Below are positions 27,600-37,279 of a stretch of DNA of 64,000 nt, one piece after another. The DNA comes from a virus. Lineage: Duplodnaviria; Caudoviricetes. The position numbers and the translations under genes are program-made. The stretch's first letter is position 1. Each line of letters opens with the position of its first letter. The notes beneath the pieces are model-generated. The model ran no database searches and was not told the DNA's origin. It saw only the letters and a program-made list of their open reading frames with translations. The stretch lies in IMG/VR virus record IMGVR_UViG_2565956520_000001; one strand, given 5' to 3'.

Positions 27600-29550
27600 C
27601 GTTAGTGTAAGGGTTTACTTTCTTTTTCGGAGCTTGCTTCCTAGGCTTCATGCCCGCTTGCTTGTAGGATTTAACGCCCAGCAGGTCCGCAGCAGCAAGG
27701 TTGTATCCGGCAATATCCCATGCATGGTTGGGCCTTCCTTTCGGACATTCCCAATACCCTTTTTCATTCACGTATTCAGCGGTCATTTCCCGCGCCCACG
27801 CATCCGAAACTTCACTGTGCAGGTGATACGCTCCCGGATCAGCGGGATTAATGGCAAGGCGGTTGGATAAAGCGTTCTTGTAATGCGTCACATTCACCCG
27901 CAAAAGCTTAAGGCCGCCGGGTATAGGCTTGTTTGAACCGGGGAAAATATCAATCTGGCTGTATGAAAACGGGCGCGCCATTGTCTGCTCACCTTTTAGC
28001 GGCAGAATGCGGCCCCGATTAAGTCGGCAAAAATCGTAAACTTCATCTGTCCGATGCCCCATTGCATCTATTAGAGCCAGCCGCACAAGATATGAATTGC
28101 CTTCTGCGTCCTTGTATTCCCGATCCCATAGAACTTCCGCCAAAGCTTCAAAGCTATCCACTTCACCATCAGCAACCAGCCATGATTCATGCGTCATGCC
28201 GTAACCCCACGCGCGGATTTCATAGGGGAAATAACCGCCCCTGCCGGACTGCGTATCAATAGCGGCAGTGAGACAGGCCACCACGTCACCACCGGGAACA
28301 AGCAACCGCGGACGATCATCTTTAAGCGCAAGAATCTTATCTTCACTACGCTCCTGCTGATAATTAACCCACGGTTCCGCCTTGTGAGAGTTCATGAAGT
28401 CTTTCAACTTTTCGCGCCATTCAGGGTTAAGGCCGGACTTCTGACCCCGCAAAAATGCGGCGGCAACTTCAGACAACGAAACGAATCTTGATAGCCAGCT
28501 AGGAATATGGAAGCCGATCTTCTTAGGCCGTTTAGATTTAAGGTAAGCTTCAAGTGGAGTGCCGGACACACGATCAAACCATGCGCCATAACTCACGGCC
28601 TTATCCCGTGTTCCATCATCCCACTTGCAACCCATGTTCGGGCATTCGTACCACGCCAGCTTTTCAGCCTCGACCCGTTCGGCATGCTGGGAAGGATCAG
28701 CCGTTTCTCTTTCAGGCCATTTAATCTGGTCAAAATCCATTTCATGCACATAGCCGCAAATCGGACAACGCACCTTAAAACCGAATACGGCTTGCGCTTC
28801 GATATTCAGAGCCGTCCAGATAGGGCCGCTTTCATTTGTCGGTGTGGAAATTTTCAAAAATTTGCGATTGCGATAAGTACGCCCGCGCTTTTCCGCCAGA
28901 CTGAGCGGATCAGCTTCTTTCTTGTTTGCGGTGGTGGGATATTTATCAATCTCATCAAAGAAAACATACCGGATAGGCTTCGATGCCAGACGGGATGCAG
29001 AATGCGCCCAGCCCATATAGATCGGCATATGCCGTAAGTTTATGCGGAGCGATGCTTCATCATCCGTTGAGCCAGTCAAATACTTAGAAAGTTTCGGTGA
29101 AGTTTTGAGCATTGGCAGAACTCTATCCCTGCTCGAATCCTTCGCCGCTGTCATATCGGGATAGATGATCATTGCCGGACTCGGTTCACGATCCACGGCA
29201 TAGCCCAGCGCATTAAGCAGCACTTCGGTTTTACCAACCTGCGGAGCGGCACAAACAACAACGGTCTGAACTCCGCTATGGAAAAGACTATCCATTATGT
29301 CGGTAAGGTACGGCGTTACATCATTACGCCACATGCCCGGCAAGGAACTGGATTCAGGAACCAGAATTCGCGACTGCTCCGCCCACTTGCTGACCTTGAT
29401 CTTTTTACGCTTCCGCAAAATCTGCTTTTCACCCCTGCTAAATGAAAAGGTGAACCGCTTCCCTATCATTTCTGGAGGTAATGAAAAGCGACCTACCGGA
29501 ACGGGTATGAGCTTTCCGACCATTTTTTTAACTATCGAACTGGCTTCCAC
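27589..29550 (-). CDS. Terminase large subunit (lambda GpA family)
   Basis: APQVGKTE Walker A, FFDEIDKY Walker B, ISTPT, two CxxC motifs, AAIDTQ nuclease motif and NHAWD. Confidence 0.93.
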   Translation of the reverse strand: MEASSIVKKMVGKLIPVPVGRFSLPPEMIGKRFTFSFSRGEKQILRKRKKIKVSKWAEQSRILVPESSSLPGMWRNDVTPYLTDIMDSLFHSGVQTVVVCAAPQVGKTEVLLNALGYAVDREPSPAMIIYPDMTAAKDSSRDRVLPMLKTSPKLSKYLTGSTDDEASLRINLRHMPIYMGWAHSASRLASKPIRYVFFDEIDKYPTTANKKEADPLSLAEKRGRTYRNRKFLKISTPTNESGPIWTALNIEAQAVFGFKVRCPICGYVHEMDFDQIKWPERETADPSQHAERVEAEKLAWYECPNMGCKWDDGTRDKAVSYGAWFDRVSGTPLEAYLKSKRPKKIGFHIPSWLSRFVSLSEVAAAFLRGQKSGLNPEWREKLKDFMNSHKAEPWVNYQQERSEDKILALKDDRPRLLVPGGDVVACLTAAIDTQSGRGGYFPYEIRAWGYGMTHESWLVADGEVDSFEALAEVLWDREYKDAEGNSYLVRLALIDAMGHRTDEVYDFCRLNRGRILPLKGEQTMARPFSYSQIDIFPGSNKPIPGGLKLLRVNVTHYKNALSNRLAINPADPGAYHLHSEVSDAWAREMTAEYVNEKGYWECPKGRPNHAWDIAGYNLAAADLLGVKSYKQAGMKPRKQAPKKKVNPYTNGGR

Positions 29551-30097
29551 TTACAAACTCCATTGTGATTTGATCAGTACGCGCAAACTCGCTCAGTAAT
29601 TCGTCCAGCTCGTCATTCATAAGCTGGATGAATGTTTCCTCATGTTCCGGTTTACCTTCAACAGCATGGATAAATTCACGCCCTTTCATCAAAAACAATT
29701 GGCGAAGGCCCGTATCCAGCACCGAAGTCTTACCAGCCATGAGCATTTCCACGCTTTCACGGTCAATGAGCTTGCCTTGTGTCTGTTCAAGTTTCAGCCT
29801 TCTAAGCTCCGCTTCGTATTCCTTGTCCTTGGCTTTTGCTTCCTGAAAACGCTTTGCTGAATCTCCGGTTAAGCCTTCCTCGTCCGGCTGTTCGGCTTCA
29901 ACCTTTTTACCGATGGGAACCCAGCCGATTTGCTGGGCAAGTTCTGAAATATCATCTTCGTAATATTTGCCGCCGATGGGCTTCACCTGTTTATTCTTAC
30001 CGACGTAATTGAAGAAGGTTCGCCGCGAAATTTGCCAGTTCTCTTGCCCGAACTGAACCCACGCCTGATTTATCGAATTGTAAAATTTTTCAGCCAT
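29528..30097 (-). CDS. Terminase small subunit-like protein
   Basis: N-terminal HTH-like segment and coiled coil EAELRRLKLEQ..GKLID, directly upstream of the large subunit. Confidence 0.75.
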   Translation of the reverse strand: MAEKFYNSINQAWVQFGQENWQISRRTFFNYVGKNKQVKPIGGKYYEDDISELAQQIGWVPIGKKVEAEQPDEEGLTGDSAKRFQEAKAKDKEYEAELRRLKLEQTQGKLIDRESVEMLMAGKTSVLDTGLRQLFLMKGREFIHAVEGKPEHEETFIQLMNDELDELLSEFARTDQITMEFVSGSQFDS

Positions 30098-30188
30098 TTA
30101 AGTAGCACCTGAATTGTGAAAGTGACACGTTTGATACAGTTTGTGCAGTGTGCATATTTTTTAAAACATTCCGTGTGCAAAAGACCCG

Positions 30189-30231
30189 AGGTCGATACTA
30201 CCCGTGTTTCGGGAACCGCCGGGGAGGACCC
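30189..30231 (-). other. Putative cos packaging site (cosQ and cosN-like)
   Basis: The minus strand reads GGGTCCT-N30-CGACCT just upstream of the small terminase. Lambda has cosQ GGGTCCT followed about 29 nt later by CGACCT of cosN. Confidence 0.6.
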
Positions 30232-30632
30232 AAATTTAACATGGTGCTTGTAATTCTCTTCGGTGGTTCATCACCATGAAAAGGTAAGCGATTTAGGTAG
30301 CATAAACAGATCAACGGCGCGGCTTGTTCGAACAGCTCCCACATTTGCCACACGGTTTCACCATTAGCTCTGCCCCACGCTTCATCAATCACCACAACCA
30401 ACTCATCCGCCTTGTTCCGTTTAACCATGAACATCTGCCGATGCTCCCGAATCATTGCGCCTAGCTTCTTCATTGCCTTGTGTCCGTCTTCGAATGTTTT
30501 CCAATGCTTCTCGAATTCTTCTTTCTGCATGGGAATAAGATCATCCTGCCGACACATACGGCTATACCTGCTGAAAAGGGATTCAGGTTCCAGCTCTTTG
30601 TATTTGCTTTGAAGCTTTGTCAGTGCATTCAT
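30198..30632 (-). CDS. Hypothetical phage protein
   Basis: 144-aa ORF with a coding-like helical composition. Confidence 0.6.
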   Translation of the reverse strand: MNALTKLQSKYKELEPESLFSRYSRMCRQDDLIPMQKEEFEKHWKTFEDGHKAMKKLGAMIREHRQMFMVKRNKADELVVVIDEAWGRANGETVWQMWELFEQAAPLICLCYLNRLPFHGDEPPKRITSTMLNLGPPRRFPKHG

Positions 30633-30635
30633 TTC

Positions 30636-30903
30636 GGTACCATGTCCCAGTCTTGGTCCAACTCAATTAAAACCAAAAGTACCTGATAACTCTTACTTTT
30701 TTTAACTTCAGTCCAAGTGGTCCATGTACCAGACCAGAAAACCAAATGCTCAGAATCTCGCGTGTACGGGTACATATACGCACACACGCATGTAAGGAGA
30801 TTTACCGAATGGACGTGGACCGCTGGTACCACGTGGACAGAGCCAGTATTCATGCGGGTTAACAAAATTACATGCGGGACCAAATGGACCAGACACATGG
30901 ACC
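30636..30903. repeat. Putative replication origin: converging GGTCCA/TGGACC iterons
   Basis: (G)GTCCA at about 30655, 30711 and 30719; TGGAC(C) at about 30810, 30816, 30834, 30885 and 30898; AT-rich stretch at 30661-30710; lies just downstream of the primase. Confidence 0.55.
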
Positions 30904-31005
30904 GTCTCACCAAGGGAGCGGATATTTGCATACATGAATCAAAATGTCGGGCAGTCGAGGCGCGGGCACGCCGCCGTGTTGAAAGGGGTACGGGGAAAAC
31001 AGACA

Positions 31006-33375
31006 TCATGAAGCCGTTAGTTCAAACTTAGTTTTAATACCCGTAATCATCCGACACCGCCGACCATCTACCCGTGGGCGCGTCTCTCTAAGAGTCTTCA
31101 CCGCTGAATAGAGTTCCCTGAAAAAGTTCTCCTTATGCATGGGCTGATAGCCATTCTTTGCGCTGTATTCGCGATAGGCTTTATAGAGCGAGTCTTTCGA
31201 CTCCTTAACGCCGTCTGACAGTTCGCAAGTATCCTCAACAAACGCCTGAACAGGGTTATTAAGCCGCCTGTAATCCATCAGTAGATCAATTGTTTCATCT
31301 GATGCCGTGAACCGCCCCTGCTCATAGAGCCGATGCAGACCAACCAACGCCCAATGAAATATTTCCGATAGCTCGTTCTCTTTCAATTCTTTGAATAGAT
31401 TTGGATTGCGATCAGGATCATCTTCTAGATATTGCCGTTTAAATTTGATCGGCAACATGCGCCTGAAAAAGCCATCCGTATTATCAAGCACACGTGGCAG
31501 TTTATTAGCCGCAAATGCCAGCTTACAGAACGGCGGGAACTCAAATGAATCTTTATGCTTGAATGCGCCCTGAATCGTGTCACCGGATACAACAGCCTTA
31601 AAGGTCGGTGTTTCCATAGCGGCAGAGCCTATTTCAGTCGAAATATTGAGAAGCTTATTATAGAGGCTAGCGCGTCGGAACTGGTCTTCCAAATCCTGAA
31701 AAGCAACTGCCGAACAGTTAGCAGGTGCAACCAACTCCCGCGCAATTTTCAAATATGTTGATTTACCGTCCGATCCGTCACCAAGAAGCAGCAAACACTT
31801 TTCATAATGCACGTCGCGAGTCAGACAATAGCCCATGAACTCTTGGAGCTGGGCAATAGGTCCGGGAGTCTGAACCGTTTCATCCAGATACTTTAACCAG
31901 CGATTACATTTAGCTTTTGAATCCGGATTAAACGAAACACCGAGGCAAATTGTAGAATAGTAATCCGTATCGTGCGGTTTGAGCTCGAGCGTTTTTAAAT
32001 TGAGCATGCCATTTTGTAGACACACCCATTCACCCTGATCATTTACTTCGCGACCATGCGGAAGATTCGCAAGATTAATCGCAAGTGACGTTGCATCGTT
32101 CACCCTGCTTGTTGTGGCCTCGATGCCGAGATAATTGGTAGCCGACTGTTGCAGATTGCCCCTTGAAATTTGTTCCCAGTATTTTCCGTTCCAGCGATAG
32201 AGCAAACCTGTAAGATCATCATAAAGCAAAGGCTGATCCTGAAGCAGTTGATCCGCCAGTAGTCGAGGTTTGAAGGTACGTTCCCTAAAAAACGCCCATT
32301 CGCTACCGCTTTCACCAACTTTAGGAATCTCAACCTTGCGGGCCGAAGCAAACAGAGCTTGCAAAGCTTTTGCATTCTGTTTGAACTTCACAAAGTAATC
32401 AGTCAGATCAAGGCCATCTTTCGCGGGCAATGAACCATCTTTATTACGCCCCATAAAATCAGGCCATTCAATAACCCGAACAGAGCGCGCAACCTGTACC
32501 AGAGAACGAGCCGCATTATCTGCATGCTCTTGTCCCGGCTGATCCGCATCATAAGCAATAATTACATCGCGCCCATTAAACGGTTCTAAATGCTCATTTG
32601 ACCATCTAACGGTCTTTGATGTTTGGGTTATGGCATTAAAACCATTCGACAGAGCGCAAATAGTATCCGGTTCCCCTTCGCAAAGCAGAACAGGGCCGGA
32701 CTTACCAAGTAGAGCTGGAGCAGGAAACAAACGAGCATTCCCATATCCCCTACCCCATGACATAATCTTCTTTTGCAGATTAGTGCCGGGCTTGCGATAC
32801 AAGCGGATATTATGAAGCCTGCCGTCATTGCCGCGAATAGGGATAGCAATACGCATAGATTGCCCGTTAATTGGGCGAACCATGTTTTCCTTATCCCTGA
32901 ATACCATCTGCATACGCAGATCAAGCCGCTTGATAATTTCAGGATTCCAGCCGCGCTCTTTCTGCAACAGTTGAAACCAATCATCCGGCAACAGGTGCAT
33001 ATGACCCCAAATATCTTCAGGGATAACCGCACCGCCGCCACGTTTCGATTCCTTGCGCTTTTTCTGCACAGTGGGCTTAACCTTCGGCGCGTCGTTAACA
33101 CCATGCCCGTACTTATCTTTGAATTCCTTAAAGGCTACTTCATTGGGCAAGCCAGTAACCAAACTATAAAGCTTAATCAGGTCGCCACAATCAGTGCATC
33201 CGGCAAGGCATTTGAAATAGTCATCTTCAAAATTATATCCAAAGGACGGATTATCATCATTATGAAGCGGACATTTGCCGTTCAGCCATTTACCTTCTTC
33301 CTTGGCAACTTCAAACAATGAACGCGCTATAGTATTGCGTTCACTTTCGGAAAGATTTGTTCCGGCCCAGCCCAT
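31006..33375 (-). CDS. P4/D5-family primase-helicase
   Basis: CPLHNDD...C..GC zinc finger, TOPRIM CEGEPD and AYDAD, Walker A GDGSDGKST, SF3 motifs, C-terminal winged helix. Confidence 0.92.
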   Translation of the reverse strand: MGWAGTNLSESERNTIARSLFEVAKEEGKWLNGKCPLHNDDNPSFGYNFEDDYFKCLAGCTDCGDLIKLYSLVTGLPNEVAFKEFKDKYGHGVNDAPKVKPTVQKKRKESKRGGGAVIPEDIWGHMHLLPDDWFQLLQKERGWNPEIIKRLDLRMQMVFRDKENMVRPINGQSMRIAIPIRGNDGRLHNIRLYRKPGTNLQKKIMSWGRGYGNARLFPAPALLGKSGPVLLCEGEPDTICALSNGFNAITQTSKTVRWSNEHLEPFNGRDVIIAYDADQPGQEHADNAARSLVQVARSVRVIEWPDFMGRNKDGSLPAKDGLDLTDYFVKFKQNAKALQALFASARKVEIPKVGESGSEWAFFRERTFKPRLLADQLLQDQPLLYDDLTGLLYRWNGKYWEQISRGNLQQSATNYLGIEATTSRVNDATSLAINLANLPHGREVNDQGEWVCLQNGMLNLKTLELKPHDTDYYSTICLGVSFNPDSKAKCNRWLKYLDETVQTPGPIAQLQEFMGYCLTRDVHYEKCLLLLGDGSDGKSTYLKIARELVAPANCSAVAFQDLEDQFRRASLYNKLLNISTEIGSAAMETPTFKAVVSGDTIQGAFKHKDSFEFPPFCKLAFAANKLPRVLDNTDGFFRRMLPIKFKRQYLEDDPDRNPNLFKELKENELSEIFHWALVGLHRLYEQGRFTASDETIDLLMDYRRLNNPVQAFVEDTCELSDGVKESKDSLYKAYREYSAKNGYQPMHKENFFRELYSAVKTLRETRPRVDGRRCRMITGIKTKFELTAS

Positions 33376-33378
33376 AGG

Positions 33379-33846
33379 TTACCCCTTCACCATAGCTTTG
33401 ATTCCATCCCGCCAGTACAAAGCAGTTGAAACGAGTTCCATGATTTCCTTGTCGAATTCAGCAAATTCTTCGGGCTTGATTTCGCCGTCTTCCATAATGG
33501 CGGAAAACTTGACCACGGCATCACCGAATTCCTTAGTGGTTCGGTTCATGTCGTTTTCTAAGTGGCCTGTACAAACTCTCGCTTCCGGCAACGGGATAAC
33601 CACCATATTCATCTGATGGGCAATTGCTTCAAGAGGTGCAGGTGATCCGCATGTTTTCATGAGCGGCACAAGGTCCAGAACGCCCATCTTCGCTGTAGAA
33701 TCTTCGGGGTTCAGTTCCTTGTATAATGTCCAATGGCTTTTGGCAGAGCCGAAAGTTAATTCGCTTATTTGCTCTACTGATAAAGCCCGATGCCGTAGCA
33801 CCATGTTTTGAATTTCTACTGCTACGCTTTTGCGTGATTTATTCAT
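33379..33846 (-). CDS. Phage regulatory CII-family protein
   Basis: TLYKELNP......K.G......LM.......PL..IA pattern followed by helical EFGD.V..F...MEDGEI...E. Confidence 0.7.
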   Translation of the reverse strand: MNKSRKSVAVEIQNMVLRHRALSVEQISELTFGSAKSHWTLYKELNPEDSTAKMGVLDLVPLMKTCGSPAPLEAIAHQMNMVVIPLPEARVCTGHLENDMNRTTKEFGDAVVKFSAIMEDGEIKPEEFAEFDKEIMELVSTALYWRDGIKAMVKG

Positions 33847-34021
33847 GGATATATTCCTCTTCCAAAGATAGCCGCTATCTGTAGTAGATAGAACTTCACT
33901 CCGGTGCTATTTTGTCTTTGCTATAGTTAATCCGATCTTTGACATTGCCCTTCAGAGTCTCCTTCTGATAATGAATCAAACAACAAATAAATTTATAATT
34001 TAATCAGAAGGAGAACCCAAG

Positions 34022-34222
34022 ATGTTCACTATTAAAACCTGTCCAATTACAGAAAAACAAATCAATGTAATTGGGGCCAGATTTATAAGCAGCTGCAACG
34101 AAACCAACTGTAAGTTCCACCATGAAGGAGTATGCGTTCTGGTCCACAGTTTCATCGTTGAAAGAAATAATGAACAGCGACTTGATGAAATCGAAAGAAA
34201 ACTCGGAAGAATCAGCCGCTAA
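34022..34222 (+). CDS. Small hypothetical Cys-rich protein
   Basis: 66 aa with CP...C....C..H..G.C. AGGAG RBS upstream. Confidence 0.55.
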   Translation: MFTIKTCPITEKQINVIGARFISSCNETNCKFHHEGVCVLVHSFIVERNNEQRLDEIERKLGRISR

Positions 34223-34523
34223 CGGTTTTGTCGGAGTCGGGATTAAACTTAGTTGAACGGTACAACCCGACTCTTTCCCCTTCAAATGCACTTCTGACAT
34301 ATTCAATTGCAGCATCAAGTTCTGCGAAACTTAGTCCACTTGCCGAACCAATCATTTTTGCAGCAACTTCTTTGGCACGGACTTCCTCTTCATCACTCAA
34401 ATGGATAAGCGGTAGCATCTTTCCTCCTTCACTTTTAACAGGACGTACGAGCCCCGTTATCATCATATTTTTTAGGCTCCCTCTCCCGACATTCACACTC
34501 ACCGCACGACAAAGGTGGGTCAT
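34212..34523 (-). CDS. Hypothetical protein (start uncertain, probably MLPL)
   Basis: GGAGGAAAG precedes the internal Met; downstream of the Cro-like gene. Confidence 0.45.
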   Translation of the reverse strand: MTHLCRAVSVNVGRGSLKNMMITGLVRPVKSEGGKMLPLIHLSDEEEVRAKEVAAKMIGSASGLSFAELDAAIEYVRSAFEGERVGLYRSTKFNPDSDKTVSG

Positions 34524-34592
34524 GAGTGTGTTTAATATGGTATAGAGGGCAGTCTTCGTTGCAGATTTGGAATTGATGGGATGGAGGGAACA

Positions 34593-34823
34593 CTAGTGCG
34601 CCTCCATTAATGAAGCCTCAGAAGGCAAAGGAAATTTTTCGGGATAAGCGATATGTTGCGCTAATCGAACAACTGTAGAATCTGCTCGATTTGTGGATTT
34701 GATACGACGAAAGGATGCAGGATGGATTGATAGCGCATTGGCTACATTATCCCTGCCTAACTTTCTCTCTAACTGGGAGATCAATTCTAGTGTAAATGGT
34801 TCGCTTCGTTTCATAGAGTTCAA
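34593..34823 (-). CDS. Cro-like HTH protein
   Basis: 76 aa with GRDNVANALSIHPASFRRIK HTH pattern, divergent from the repressor-like gene. Confidence 0.6.
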   Translation of the reverse strand: MNSMKRSEPFTLELISQLERKLGRDNVANALSIHPASFRRIKSTNRADSTVVRLAQHIAYPEKFPLPSEASLMEAH

Positions 34824-34824
34824 A

Positions 34825-34843
34825 ATAGAACCATTGGCTCCAT
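34825..34843. promoter_or_regulatory. Putative repressor operator O1
   Basis: ATAGAACCATTGGCTCCAT. The 18-mer 34823-34840 matches 36689-36706 at 17 of 18 positions. Confidence 0.6.
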
Positions 34844-34900
34844 TTTGTAAAGAGAAATTTGAACAATGACACTTACACCTTTATATGATGATTAATAATA

Positions 34901-35209
34901 ATGAATAGTGAACTACTTGAAAGAATTATTGTGGATGAATTTGCCCAAATAGCTAAAGATCAAGGTATTCATAAAACCAAGGTCGGACGGAAAGCATTTG
35001 GCGACAGCGAATCTGGCAGTAAAAAATGGATATATATCCTTGAAGGTAGAAAGGACCGACGCCCACAATCTCTTACAATTGCTGACATGTCAGATCTTTG
35101 TAATGCGTTAGGTGTTCCTATTGAATCAATTATGTTTAATGCTATTCAACGCTGTAAAAATGAAGTGCAAGAGTTGGCTAATACCCAGCAAACGAAGAAA
35201 TCAGCTTAA
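34901..35209 (+). CDS. CI-like XRE HTH repressor
   Basis: 102-aa helical protein, KDQGI....VGRKAFG and LT...M..LC.ALGV pattern, divergent from the Cro-like gene. Confidence 0.6.
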   Translation: MNSELLERIIVDEFAQIAKDQGIHKTKVGRKAFGDSESGSKKWIYILEGRKDRRPQSLTIADMSDLCNALGVPIESIMFNAIQRCKNEVQELANTQQTKKSA

Positions 35210-35333
35210 AGCTTATATATTCGTCTGGCACGGCTATTCGACTAAAAAACAAGAATCATTATAATGGCCCAGCTACAAACCAGACTAGAAAACTATTAAA
35301 TTTCTATATTGACTCGACTAAAGGCGGTGTATA

Positions 35334-35624
35334 GTGGTATCACTAAGTGATGGCATTGAGTTGAACACGAAAAATAGAAAGCTACTTGCTAAACTTTTTC
35401 GACAACCAAAACCTAAAGATATTAAGTACCAAGAGGTTGAAAGACTACTACTCGGCCTTGGAGCAATAAAAAGTGAGAAAGCCGGAAGCAATGTTGCTTT
35501 TTTCTATAACGGACATATCACACAGCTCCACATTCCGCACCCGGACCCAACATTTTGCGGGGGGCGGATAAAAGCCATAAAAGAGTACTTAATTACAGCG
35601 GGAGTCGTAAATGAAAACATTTGA
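35334..35624 (+). CDS. hicA: HicA toxin (start may be the TTG at 35361)
   Basis: F..P....IKY.EVE.LL..LGA...E..GS.V.F......H.PHP signature. Confidence 0.88.
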   Translation: MVSLSDGIELNTKNRKLLAKLFRQPKPKDIKYQEVERLLLGLGAIKSEKAGSNVAFFYNGHITQLHIPHPDPTFCGGRIKAIKEYLITAGVVNENI

Positions 35625-36111
35625 ATACAAGACCTACACAGGCCAAATTGAGCCAGACACAGAACAAGACATTCTGTATGGTAGAATACTCAATATTAAT
35701 GATGTTGTTGATTTCCAAGGCACAACCATTTCAGAAGCAAGAAAAGCATTTGAGGAATCAGTAGATTCCTATCTTGAGGTATGCAAAGAATTTGGCAAAG
35801 AACCAGATAAGCCTTTTTCTGGAAAAACAACATTAAGAATGGGGACTGATCTTCATAAAAAACTAAATAAGGCTTTCATAACAGGTGGATATAAAAGCTT
35901 AAACAGCTATATAGTTACAGCCCTTGAAAAAAATCTTGAGGAAGAACAGCGAGGAAATCTCGAATGTTCCAAGTGTAAACACAGTGCCGCAATAAACGAA
36001 ATGCAAAGTCAAATTTTCAAGTTCAAAACGGCATTTACAAGCATACCTTCAAGCTCAGCCCCAAACCTCCTCGTTACAGACGACAAAGGTTGGAGCAACT
36101 CGATACAATAA
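35611..36111 (+). CDS. hicB: HicB antitoxin with a C-terminal extension
   Basis: YK.YTG.IE.D.E..ILYG.IL.I.DVV.FQG...AFEESVD.YL..C...GKEP.KPFSG...LR....LH signature, plus a tail of about 55 aa beyond the RHH domain. Confidence 0.9.
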   Translation: MKTFEYKTYTGQIEPDTEQDILYGRILNINDVVDFQGTTISEARKAFEESVDSYLEVCKEFGKEPDKPFSGKTTLRMGTDLHKKLNKAFITGGYKSLNSYIVTALEKNLEEEQRGNLECSKCKHSAAINEMQSQIFKFKTAFTSIPSSSAPNLLVTDDKGWSNSIQ

Positions 36112-36555
36112 ATGAGGCATAAGATGAACCCCATAAGCACCATATTCACCATTATAGACTTGAATTACAAAACATATGAACTCAAATCGGCAACTTACAC
36201 TGGCCAAAATGATATAAGTACTAAATTTAGAATAAATAAGACCAGCAACCTAATATCCGTGAGACTCACCTACACAACGGCTGAAAATGCATTCCCCTTT
36301 TTCTTGAATACAACAGGAGAACTTACAAGTCAGTATAAAAAATTAGGCAATGCAAACCAAATAGTAGAAAGCTTAATAACAGTACTGATACCCATTTTGT
36401 ATGACAACATAAGAGCTACAATTGGATCATTGACACTCATTGGAGGTCATCAAGCTTTTTTAGGTGCATCACGCTCTGAGATCATTGCAAACCACTCAAC
36501 ACCTGACCACAAAAAACTCCTAAAGCAACAAGCAACCCAAATGCTCAAGTCATAA
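36112..36555 (+). CDS. Divergent SecB-like chaperone candidate
   Basis: ATG abuts the hicB stop. Beta-rich N-terminus, then VLIPILYDNIRATIGSLTLIGG, resembling the SecB-like (I/L)L(F/Y)PY.R..I..LT...G helix. Confidence 0.5.
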   Translation: MRHKMNPISTIFTIIDLNYKTYELKSATYTGQNDISTKFRINKTSNLISVRLTYTTAENAFPFFLNTTGELTSQYKKLGNANQIVESLITVLIPILYDNIRATIGSLTLIGGHQAFLGASRSEIIANHSTPDHKKLLKQQATQMLKS

Positions 36556-36577
36556 CTACCCCTCACGAATTCAACTT

Positions 36578-36608
36578 AGAAACCCCCGCCCCCGCGGGGT
36601 TTTCTTTT
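36578..36608 (+). terminator. Terminator of the hicAB-chaperone operon
   Basis: CCCCGC-CCCC-GCGGGG stem-loop followed by TTTTCTTTT. Confidence 0.75.
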
Positions 36609-36657
36609 GCCCAATTACCAGTGTAATCCCCACAGATAGCAAAACTGCCCCATGTAT

Positions 36658-36712
36658 TTTGAGCCAATGGATCTATTTTTATGTTGACAAATAGATCCAT
36701 TGGCTCTATTTT
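36658..36712 (+). promoter_or_regulatory. Promoter with two flanking operators (O2 and O3) for the rightward early operon
   Basis: Perfect 18-bp inverted repeat (36661-36678 / 36689-36706) around TTGACA (36684-36689), with TATTTT 17 bp downstream. Confidence 0.65.
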
Positions 36713-36853
36713 TAATTCTACACAACGACCACAAGACCAAACGCACCGCGCGAAACATCCGGAACAAGTACGCCTTGAATCAACGTGTGAATTGATTTTC
36801 AAATTATTCGAAGTCTGTGAAGGACTGCATAGATACAGATACCTCCTCACAAC

Positions 36854-37159
36854 TTGGGTGTGCCGGAAACTCCCCTTTCCGGCCTCCTCACAGGCTTCGA
36901 ACAAGAAAACGGAGATAAGATGTGCCTACATGTAATCTTTCACCGCACAGTCACCTTTGAAGCGACATGCACTTATTGCGGCGCACATGAATGGCTGACC
37001 ACTGAAAAGGCAGTGACGAAGTTCACCAAAGACCACGCAGACTGCAACAAGCTTTACGAGGCCGAGTATGAGCAATCCTTATGTGAATTACGAATTGGCG
37101 AAAATACAGAAGCAACTTCAAGAATTGCGCCCACACATGACGAACAAAGGCATGTGTAA
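36854..37159 (+). CDS. Hypothetical protein (CxxC motif; start probably at MCLHV)
   Basis: GGAG RBS before the internal Met; CTYCG motif. Confidence 0.5.
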   Translation: MGVPETPLSGLLTGFEQENGDKMCLHVIFHRTVTFEATCTYCGAHEWLTTEKAVTKFTKDHADCNKLYEAEYEQSLCELRIGENTEATSRIAPTHDEQRHV

Positions 37160-37271
37160 AATTGGCGGATTAATAGTGGAACTTACGGACTTGCAGAACT
37201 TTGCGGCTCCGCAGGATCAATACCCGACAGACGAAAACAACTGTCATCGCGGGTTTCATCACAACAGGTAG
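37068..37271 (+). CDS. Hypothetical protein
   Basis: 67 aa, helical, within the early operon. Confidence 0.5.
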   Translation: MSNPYVNYELAKIQKQLQELRPHMTNKGMCKIGGLIVELTDLQNFAAPQDQYPTDENNCHRGFHHNR

Positions 37272-37279
37272 GAGTAACT

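Noticed and set aside
30629-31009. 126-aa ORF and its 104-aa antisense partner
   Set aside because: The region is dominated by iteron-like repeats and the translations (HVVPAVHVH, WTWT) mirror them. It is more likely an origin, though a small gene cannot be excluded.
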